DNA from: Promethearchaeota archaeon
Lineage (GTDB): Archaea > Asgardarchaeota > Odinarchaeia > Odinarchaeales > JBHLKK01
DNA: 5,819 nt
Assembly (NCBI GenBank): GCA_048939465.1
Contig: JBHLPL010000117.1
Span: 1-5,819 of the forward strand
Direction: 5' to 3'
In this document: piece by piece, positions 1 through 4,938 of the stretch
How the letters are laid out: each line of letters opens with the position of its first letter
Position numbering within the stretch: the first letter of the stretch is position 1
Position numbers and translations under genes: made by a program
The notes under the pieces: generated by a model
Databases searched by the model: none
Seen by the model: only the letters and a program-made list of their open reading frames with translations
Told to the model about the DNA's origin: nothing

Positions 1-345
1 CAGCCTAATGGCAAATTTCCCATTCGGGCTGCAAAAGAGCTTGGATTCACGATGGATCAGATTCAGCCTGGTCTTCTGACTCCAGAGATCGGAAACACGT
101 ATTCTGGTTCGACGCCTCTGGGGCTGGCGGCGACTCTGGACATTGCCAAGCCCGAAGATAAGATTCTCGCGGTATCCTACGGTTCTGGTGCTGGAAGCGA
201 TGCGTTCTATATTGTTGTACAAGATCTAATAGAGGAGAAGCAACCTCTCGCCCCTAAAGTACGCGACTATATTACTCGGAAAAGATACGTTTCCTATAAC
301 TGCTACATAAAGTGGCGACGTGGAATAATTGGGCAGCCAACATAA
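1..345 (+). CDS. hmgS: Hydroxymethylglutaryl-CoA synthase, archaeal type (5'-truncated by window edge)
   Basis: Frame +1 is open from base 1 ([20 protein letters not shown]...), so the ORF-track start at 52 is internal. Conserved archaeal HMGS C-terminal motifs [18 protein letters not shown] and [11 protein letters not shown] are present. Followed by thiolase and DUF35 genes, the canonical cluster. Confidence 0.93.
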   Translation, partial: QPNGKFPIRAAKELGFTMDQIQPGLLTPEIGNTYSGSTPLGLAATLDIAKPEDKILAVSYGSGAGSDAFYIVVQDLIEEKQPLAPKVRDYITRKRYVSYNCYIKWRRGIIGQPT

Positions 346-359
346 AAGGGGCGAAAAAG

Positions 360-1514
360 ATGCGGAAAGTTGCTATTGTTGGAGTGGGCATGATCCAAGT
401 AACCGACCACTGGGATAAGTCTCTCAGGACGCTTTTTGCTGAAACAGCATTAAAAACTCTAGAGGACGCTGGAGATCCTAAAGTAGATGCGGCCTTTATA
501 GGCAATATGTCTGCGGAAGAATTTACAAAACAGAAGAATATCGCCACACTAGTCTCTGACTTTTCTGGATTCAGAGACATCCCTGCGACGAGAGTCGAAG
601 CGGCTGATGCGTCCGGGGGGAGTGCTATCCTAGAGGGATTCACTGCGGTTGCATCCGGTCTTTATGATACAGTTCTTGTGGGTGGCGTAGAAAAGATGTC
701 GGAAGCCATTTCCTCAGAAACTACCCAAATACTCTCTATGGCTGCCGATCAAGAATATGAAACCTTCCACGGCCTTCCGTTGGTTGGAGCTGCTGCGATG
801 CTCATGAGACTCTATATGCATGAGTTCAAGGCGACTCGGGAGCAATTTGCAGCTTTCACAGTTCAAATGCATGAAAATGCATCCTCGAATCCCTACGCAC
901 AACTACGATTCAAAACGACTCTGGAGAACGCTTTGGGAGCCCGCCCTATTGCAGATCCTATAACTCTGATGGACTGTGCTCCCGCCGGCGATGGAGCGGC
1001 TGCACTGATCCTTTGCTCTCTGGAAAAAGCTAAGAAAATAACGGATACTCCCGTTCAAATAATCGGAGTTGGTCAAGCTACAGACACACTCGCCCTTCAC
1101 GATCGTGAAGATCTCTTAACTTTTGGGGCTGTTTCAAAAGCTACCCAAAAAGCACACAAGATGGCGAAGACCACGCTGGAAGATATAGATGTGTTCGAGA
1201 TCCATGACTCGTACACGATAACTGGCCTGCTCTCCATAGAAGGCCTGGGTCTTTCAGAAAGGGGGGGTGCAGGAATGCTGGTTGAAGACGGGGGAATTGC
1301 AAAAGACTCACAAATTCCGGTTAACCCAAGTGGCGGACTCAAGGCACGTGGGCATCCGGTAGGTGCAACTGGTGTATATCAAGCGGCAGAGATTGCTCTC
1401 CAGTTACGCGGTGAGGCCGATGGGATGGAGGTCAAAGACGCAGAAATCGGGCTAACAGAGAATATTAGCGGAATGGCCTCACTAGCAAACATCCACATAT
1501 TGAAAAGAGTATAG
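360..1514 (+). CDS. Thiolase-family protein (archaeal acetoacetyl-CoA thiolase-like), with both catalytic Cys positions substituted
   Basis: ATG at 360 gives MRKVAIVGVG, a typical thiolase N-terminus (384 aa). Motifs GGVEKM, DCAPAGDGAAA, EIHDSY and NPSGGLKARGHPVGATG are present. The nucleophile motif reads EAADASG (D83) instead of EAACASG, and HDSY replaces HDCF. Confidence 0.9.
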   Translation: MRKVAIVGVGMIQVTDHWDKSLRTLFAETALKTLEDAGDPKVDAAFIGNMSAEEFTKQKNIATLVSDFSGFRDIPATRVEAADASGGSAILEGFTAVASGLYDTVLVGGVEKMSEAISSETTQILSMAADQEYETFHGLPLVGAAAMLMRLYMHEFKATREQFAAFTVQMHENASSNPYAQLRFKTTLENALGARPIADPITLMDCAPAGDGAAALILCSLEKAKKITDTPVQIIGVGQATDTLALHDREDLLTFGAVSKATQKAHKMAKTTLEDIDVFEIHDSYTITGLLSIEGLGLSERGGAGMLVEDGGIAKDSQIPVNPSGGLKARGHPVGATGVYQAAEIALQLRGEADGMEVKDAEIGLTENISGMASLANIHILKRV

Positions 1515-1520
1515 AGGTTT

Positions 1521-1526
1521 AGGTGA
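1521..1526 (+). promoter_or_regulatory. Shine-Dalgarno-like site for the DUF35 gene
   Basis: AGGTGA ending 7 nt before ATG 1534; complementary to the archaeal 16S anti-SD. Confidence 0.6.
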
Positions 1527-1533
1527 AACAGAA

Positions 1534-1968
1534 ATGAGAGTTCCAATGCGTTGGAGGGAAATTCCCCAACATTATCGTTTAGAAGGATCTAAATGCATAG
1601 AATGCGGCAAAGTGTACTTTCCACCGAAGCTTGTTTGTCCGATCTGCCATTCTACTAGTCTAGAAAAGATCTTTCTTCCTAGAAAGGGGAAGGTAGTGAC
1701 ATTTACGACCGTACGTGTTGCGCCTAAGACCTTTGAGCTCTACGTACCATACACTGTTGCCCTAATTGAACTGGAAGGTGGGACGAGACTGACTGCTCAA
1801 TTAACGGATTGTGACCCCTCGGAGATTTATATTGGAATGCCCGTCGAGACAATCATCCGAAGAATAAACACCGAAGGGAAGACTGGACCGATATTTTACT
1901 GTTATAAGTTCCGGCCTGAACTGGGATCAATGACAACAGATCGATCCAAAGCATCCTCAGAACCATAG
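1534..1968 (+). CDS. DUF35 family Zn-ribbon + OB-fold protein (thiolase/HMGS scaffold subunit)
   Basis: N-terminal CIEC...CPIC zinc ribbon (GSKCIECGKVYFPPKLVCPIC), then an OB-fold with GKVVTFT, PYTVALIELE and IGMPVE. Its position after HMGS and thiolase matches the known archaeal thiolase/HMGS/DUF35 complex. Confidence 0.92.
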   Translation: MRVPMRWREIPQHYRLEGSKCIECGKVYFPPKLVCPICHSTSLEKIFLPRKGKVVTFTTVRVAPKTFELYVPYTVALIELEGGTRLTAQLTDCDPSEIYIGMPVETIIRRINTEGKTGPIFYCYKFRPELGSMTTDRSKASSEP

Positions 1969-1976
1969 TCTCCATA

Positions 1977-1991
1977 TTTTTTAGATTTTTT
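1977..1991 (+). terminator. Probable oligo-T terminator of the mevalonate cluster
   Basis: Two T6 tracts (TTTTTTAGA TTTTTT) just after the DUF35 stop codon. Confidence 0.4.
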
Positions 1992-2000
1992 AGATAATTC

Positions 2001-2006
2001 TTTAAA
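2001..2006 (+). promoter_or_regulatory. Candidate TATA box for the HTH-ATP-cone-NrdD-like gene
   Basis: TTTAAA about 45-50 nt upstream of ATG 2051, in an AT-rich intergenic region. Confidence 0.45.
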
Positions 2007-2014
2007 CTTCTTTT

Positions 2015-2036
2015 GACTATCATTACTATGATAGTC
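2015..2036. promoter_or_regulatory. Perfect 9-4-9 inverted repeat, candidate operator
   Basis: GACTATCAT-tact-ATGATAGTC lies between the candidate TATA box and the start codon, covering the expected transcription start. Confidence 0.6.
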
Positions 2037-2050
2037 GGGTTGAGATCGTT

Positions 2051-4348
2051 ATGCCTAAATCAAGAAAGAGTATTTCTGAAGAGGAACAGACCTCCACGAT
2101 TCTCTCTGCAATTTCTAGCTCGCTGCGATCTGAAATCCTCAAACTTCTAAGTCGTGAAACGTCCCTATCGTTCACGGAGATTATGCAGGGTATCGATATT
2201 GATCCTCGTAATGCGGGTAGATTTGGCTATCACCTACGTGAGCTAAAACGGGCAAATCTCATAACGGGCGGACCGGCAACGGGCTATTCTCTGACACCCA
2301 TAGGAGAAAAAGTAGTAGACTTCATATGGACACTTGAAGATATAAGCAGGAAGTATTTGGATGAAATATTCGTCAGAACTTCAAGAATCTCGATGGAGCA
2401 CTTCGATCGAGGCAAAATAACAGAATCATTAGTAAGAGAAGCCAGTGTTCCGAAAACCCTTGCAGAGAAGATAGCGAAGGAAGCAGAAGATAGACTAATG
2501 AAACTGAAAGTACAGTATCTAACTTCTTCCTTGATTCGTGAATTCGTGAATGCTATCCTCCTCGAAAAGGGTTTTGAAGAATACCGTCATGCACTAACCC
2601 GTCTTGGTCTCCCTGTTTATGATATCACTCAGCTTATCAAGAATCCGTCATTTAAAGCAACCGACTCAAGTCCTGAAATTGTGCATAAATTGGCAGGAGA
2701 TGCTGTATTAGAGCAATACCTCTTTATGAAGATACTCCCTAGAAAGGTCGCAGATGCGCATCTTTCTGGAGCTATTCATATACCGCATGCCAGCTACTGG
2801 GTCTTAAAGCCAAACGAAATTTGCCATGACCTGCATACTTTGCTTCAACGAAATTTCTTTTCGGCAAAGCCTCCTAAAACGTTAAGAGATACCCTTGGTC
2901 AGATATCCATGATTATTGGAAATACACGAGCAAACGTTATTAGCGGGCAGGTTTTTGATCATTTTAACGTCTTTTTGGCACCATATGCGAGGGCAAAGGA
3001 CATAAAAGAAACAAAGAAAGCACTGAGAGTCTTCTTTGCTGAACTGAACAATACCTTCTTCAGTCAAGAGAAACGTCCGAACAGCACTATTCTCCTTGAA
3101 TTCACAATCCCCTCTTACCTCAGAGATACTCCGGCAATTGGACCGAACAATAGGATAGTTGGTACATATGGGGAGTATGCTGATGAAGCCAGTTTCATAT
3201 TAAACGCAATACTGGATATTTTGATGAAAGGCGATATGCTGGGGAGACCTTTCTTCAATCCAAACATCGTACTAAGAATAAGACCTGAAACGAGGGAAAC
3301 CTCTTTACAACTTCTACTGAAATCTCATAAGTTGGCCTCGAAATGGGGAACTCCCTACTTCATAAACATGCGTCCAGATTGGCAGACTCTGAATGCTTGT
3401 TACACCGGGAACCTCACACGTTTAGAATCTTCGTGGAAGAGTAATTGGGATCTGGGTGTCAATCGCACTGGAAATCTTGATTGGGTTGCAGTAAATCTCC
3501 CTCAAGTTGCTATTGAATCGAAGGGAGATGAGGAATCGTTGTTCGGTTTACTTGACGAGTATTTGAACATAATTTACGAAACTCTTACAGTAAAGCATAA
3601 AACAATTTATGAAAGGCTTCGAAAAGATCATCTACTTCCGCTACTCATGCATAATATTGATGGTGAACCTTACTACCGTTTAGAAAACGCAACTCATACC
3701 GTCGCTTTCTTGGGGTTAGATGAGGCCGTTAGAAAGTGCACCGGCAGCTCTATACATGAGGGGAGAGATGCTCTAGATTTTGCCAAGACTATACTAAATC
3801 ACCTGGCCGATTTTGCAGAGAACTCCACTAAAATCTCTGGTTTAAGATGGAACACAATGCAGATGCCCGCAAGTTCTGTTGCACATAGACTTGCGAAACT
3901 AGATGCAGAGCATTTCGGATCCGATAATTCAATTGCACAGAATGCTGGAGCCACACCCTTCTACAGCACCAGCAACATACTCGCGTCCGCCTCAGTACCG
4001 TTCGAAAAAAGAGTGGAACTGGAATCACAAATCCATCCTATGTTGCTGGGTGGGCACATGCTTAGCATTCCTTTATCGGATTCTCGTATTACATCAAAAA
4101 GATTGTTGAAAGCTACCGAGAGAATCTGCGATTCCGATGTTGGTTTCTTTGCCTATAGCAGACGTTTGACTTTCTGCAGCAGGTGTTTAAGCACATATCA
4201 GGGCGTCCAGCAGAAGTGCTCCTCTTGTGATCTGTCTGGCACAAATCTGAAAAGTTTTGACCGAGCGATTGGCACCTACGGACAGTTAGATAAACTAGAA
4301 TCCAGCCTGAAACTCGCAATTATTGGTCAGAATAGATATTCTCTCTAA
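2051..4348 (+). CDS. nrdD: Winged-HTH (ArsR-like) + ATP-cone + class III ribonucleotide reductase (NrdD)-like fusion, catalytic motifs degenerate
   Basis: aa ~15-95: wHTH (SSLRSEILKLLS...SFTEIM...GRFGYHLRELKRANLI...YSLTPIG). aa ~105-185: ATP-cone (VRTSRISMEHFDRGKITESL...LIREFVNAILLEKG). The body has NrdD hallmarks SGQVFDHFNVFLAPY, GRPFFNPN, WGTPYFIN, RTGNLDWVAVNLP, LGGH and a C-terminal CSRC-x10-CSSC Zn site. No NrdG activase gene is in the window. Confidence 0.85.
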   Translation: MPKSRKSISEEEQTSTILSAISSSLRSEILKLLSRETSLSFTEIMQGIDIDPRNAGRFGYHLRELKRANLITGGPATGYSLTPIGEKVVDFIWTLEDISRKYLDEIFVRTSRISMEHFDRGKITESLVREASVPKTLAEKIAKEAEDRLMKLKVQYLTSSLIREFVNAILLEKGFEEYRHALTRLGLPVYDITQLIKNPSFKATDSSPEIVHKLAGDAVLEQYLFMKILPRKVADAHLSGAIHIPHASYWVLKPNEICHDLHTLLQRNFFSAKPPKTLRDTLGQISMIIGNTRANVISGQVFDHFNVFLAPYARAKDIKETKKALRVFFAELNNTFFSQEKRPNSTILLEFTIPSYLRDTPAIGPNNRIVGTYGEYADEASFILNAILDILMKGDMLGRPFFNPNIVLRIRPETRETSLQLLLKSHKLASKWGTPYFINMRPDWQTLNACYTGNLTRLESSWKSNWDLGVNRTGNLDWVAVNLPQVAIESKGDEESLFGLLDEYLNIIYETLTVKHKTIYERLRKDHLLPLLMHNIDGEPYYRLENATHTVAFLGLDEAVRKCTGSSIHEGRDALDFAKTILNHLADFAENSTKISGLRWNTMQMPASSVAHRLAKLDAEHFGSDNSIAQNAGATPFYSTSNILASASVPFEKRVELESQIHPMLLGGHMLSIPLSDSRITSKRLLKATERICDSDVGFFAYSRRLTFCSRCLSTYQGVQQKCSSCDLSGTNLKSFDRAIGTYGQLDKLESSLKLAIIGQNRYSL

Positions 4349-4375
4349 AATTAGATGGGTATCTAGTGTGGAAGA

Positions 4376-4417
4376 TGGTAGCGGGGCCGGATTTATCCGG
4401 ACTGAAAAGAGACCGCT
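4376..4417 (-). repeat. Intronless, degenerate minihelix-like copy of the tRNA-iMet ends (AGCGG...CCCCGCTACCA)
   Basis: The - strand reads AGCGG TCTCTTTTCAGT CCGGA TAAA TCCGG CC CCGCT A CCA. The last 11 nt are identical to the spliced tRNA 3' end and the first 5 nt to its 5' end. It starts 1 nt after the tRNA CCA. Confidence 0.5.
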
Positions 4418-4423
4418 ATGGTA

Positions 4424-4456
4424 TTCCCCCGGGATGACGGTGTGTCTTGCTCCCGA
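4424..4456 (-). other. tRNA intron 6, position 71/72 (33 nt, acceptor stem)
   Basis: CCCC-GC|T-CGGGA...TCCCG-GGGG-AA|T: 4-bp central helix, two 3-nt bulges and a 5-bp intron helix. Removal restores U72, A73 and CCA. Confidence 0.8.
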
Positions 4457-4468
4457 GCGGGGGATGGA

Positions 4469-4498
4469 ATTTCATGGGTGCGGGCCTGCCGCCCCGGA
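4469..4498 (-). other. tRNA intron 5, position 59/60 (30 nt, T-loop)
   Basis: GATGG-TTCA-AA|T...TGAA-AT|T-CCATC: the T-stem is the outer helix and TTCA/TGAA the central helix. Removal restores TTCAAAT. Confidence 0.88.
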
Positions 4499-4512
4499 TT
4501 TGAACCATCGAT

Positions 4513-4535
4513 CTCCCGCAACTCCTCGGAGTTGA
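4513..4535 (-). other. tRNA intron 4, position 45/46 (23 nt, variable loop)
   Basis: CCCG-AG|T-CAACTC cgag GAGTTG-CGGG-AG|A: perfect central and intron helices. Removal restores AGATC. Confidence 0.88.
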
Positions 4536-4543
4536 CTCGGGGT

Positions 4544-4559
4544 ATCTCAGAGCCCCTCA
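4544..4559 (-). other. tRNA intron 3, canonical position 37/38 (16 nt)
   Basis: GGGG-CTCA-TA|T-GAG ggg CTC-TGAG-AT|A-CCCC: a strict BHB. Confidence 0.93.
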
Positions 4560-4576
4560 TATGAGCCCCGCGGGAT

Positions 4577-4589
4577 TTCAGGCCACGGT
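4577..4589 (-). other. tRNA intron 2, position 20a/21 (13 nt, D-loop)
   Basis: CAGG-AG|A-CCGTGG-CCTG-AA|A: 4-bp central helix and two purine 3-nt bulges; flanking helices relaxed. Confidence 0.78.
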
Positions 4590-4596
4590 CTCCTGA

Positions 4597-4625
4597 TTCG
4601 GCTCAAACGCCAATATGCGTCTGGC
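4597..4625 (-). other. tRNA intron 1, best-fit position 15/16 (29 nt, D-loop)
   Basis: TG-GGGT-AG|G-C CAGACGC atattg GCGTTTG A-GCCG-AA|T-CA: central helix 3 of 4 paired, 2-bp outer helix, 7-bp intron helix in register. Shifted junctions (16/17, 17/17a) give no central helix. Confidence 0.7.
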
Positions 4626-4717
4626 CTACCCCACCCCGCTTTCCAGTGTTACATATTACATTAATTGAGAGACAGTGTGAGCCTCTAAGGACATTTCCTG
4701 CCCTGAAATTCTTTTGC

Positions 4718-4747
4718 GAATTGGTGAGTGTTACCTCGACTCAATTC
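4718..4747 (-). other. BHB-shaped hairpin upstream of the tRNA (putative 5' leader)
   Basis: The - strand reads GAATT-GAGT-CGA-GGTAAC-ACTC-ACC-AATTC: 5-bp outer helix, 4-bp central helix and two 3-nt bulges in the correct orientation. Confidence 0.35.
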
Positions 4748-4770
4748 AATATGCTTGTCGTGAAAACATG

Positions 4771-4786
4771 TATTTAAATTCCTCGG
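4771..4786 (-). promoter_or_regulatory. Candidate BRE-TATA promoter for the tRNA transcript
   Basis: The - strand reads CCGAGGAA-TTTAAATA, a purine-rich BRE abutting a consensus TATA; predicted start near 4748. TTTAAA is palindromic, so + strand use for dys cannot be excluded. Confidence 0.5.
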
Positions 4787-4938
4787 AATTCATCTCCACT
4801 CTTTCGGGTGGGGTTTTCCTGGGAGAAGAAAATAAAAGTACCCACTGCTAGATTTCAGTTCATATTCGTGCTTGGATCACTCATTTAAAAGAAAGCTCCA
4901 AGTATTCATTACGAGATTCAAAGCGGTTATCTGAGGTG

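Larger units (their letters stand above)
4419..4640 (-). tRNA. Initiator tRNA-Met(CAT) interrupted by six BHB-type introns
   Basis: Exons on the - strand: 4640-4626, 4596-4590, 4576-4560, 4543-4536, 4512-4499, 4468-4457, 4423-4419. Spliced sequence: AGCGGGG TG GGGT AGTCAGGAGA TCCC G CGGGG CTCATAA CCCCG AGATC GATGG TTCAAAT CCATC CCCCGCT A CCA (78 nt). Acceptor, anticodon and T stems are perfect. It has the A1-U72 pair and the G29-G31/C39-C41 pairs of initiator tRNAs. Anticodon CAT is at 4563-4561. Confidence 0.92.

Noticed and set aside
312-359. N-terminal extension of the thiolase from GTG 312 (ORF track)
   Set aside because: It overlaps the HMGS 3' end and has no thiolase-like content. ATG 360 gives the typical MRKVAIVG start.
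272-1342. Short - strand ORFs (272-643, 714-902, 903-1100, 1097-1342)
   Set aside because: Antisense shadows of the thiolase gene with no recognisable domains.
1977-1994. Tandem TTTTTTAGA x2 as a repeat element or CRISPR remnant
   Set aside because: Only two 9-nt low-complexity units, better explained as T-tract terminators. No spaced repeat array is present in the window.
2882-4319. Short ORFs inside the NrdD-like gene (2882-3067, 3828-4028, 3903-4109, 4113-4319)
   Set aside because: Fully nested in a motif-supported CDS, with no independent support.
4376-4423. Intact integrated element bounded by attL/attR at the tRNA 3' end
   Set aside because: Only 32 nt separate the tRNA CCA from the 11-nt repeat, and there is no integrase or cargo. 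At most a scar; kept as an alternative under findings.
4376-4462. The distal CCCCGCTACCA as the true last exon, with intron 6 nested in a larger seventh intron
   Set aside because: I tested junction positions from 65/66 to the CCA end and none gives a complementary 4-bp central helix. Joining at the repeated AAATCCGG gives a mismatched T-stem and a short acceptor stem.
4323-4535. 70-aa + strand ORF
   Set aside because: It is antisense to the tRNA exons and introns, with no recognisable motif; explained by the GC-rich RNA gene.
4577-4622. Single large D-loop intron instead of introns 1 and 2 (central helix TAGG/CCTG, outer helix GGGG/TCCC)
   Set aside because: The product D-loop would be AGGCCA, only 6 nt and without a properly placed G18-G19. 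The two-intron model gives AGTCAGGAGA, which fits archaeal initiator D-loops.
4641-4930. C/D-box sRNA in the tRNA-dys intergenic region
   Set aside because: Only isolated CTGA and imperfect C-box-like words, with no convincing C/D'/C'/D spacing or guide complementarity.
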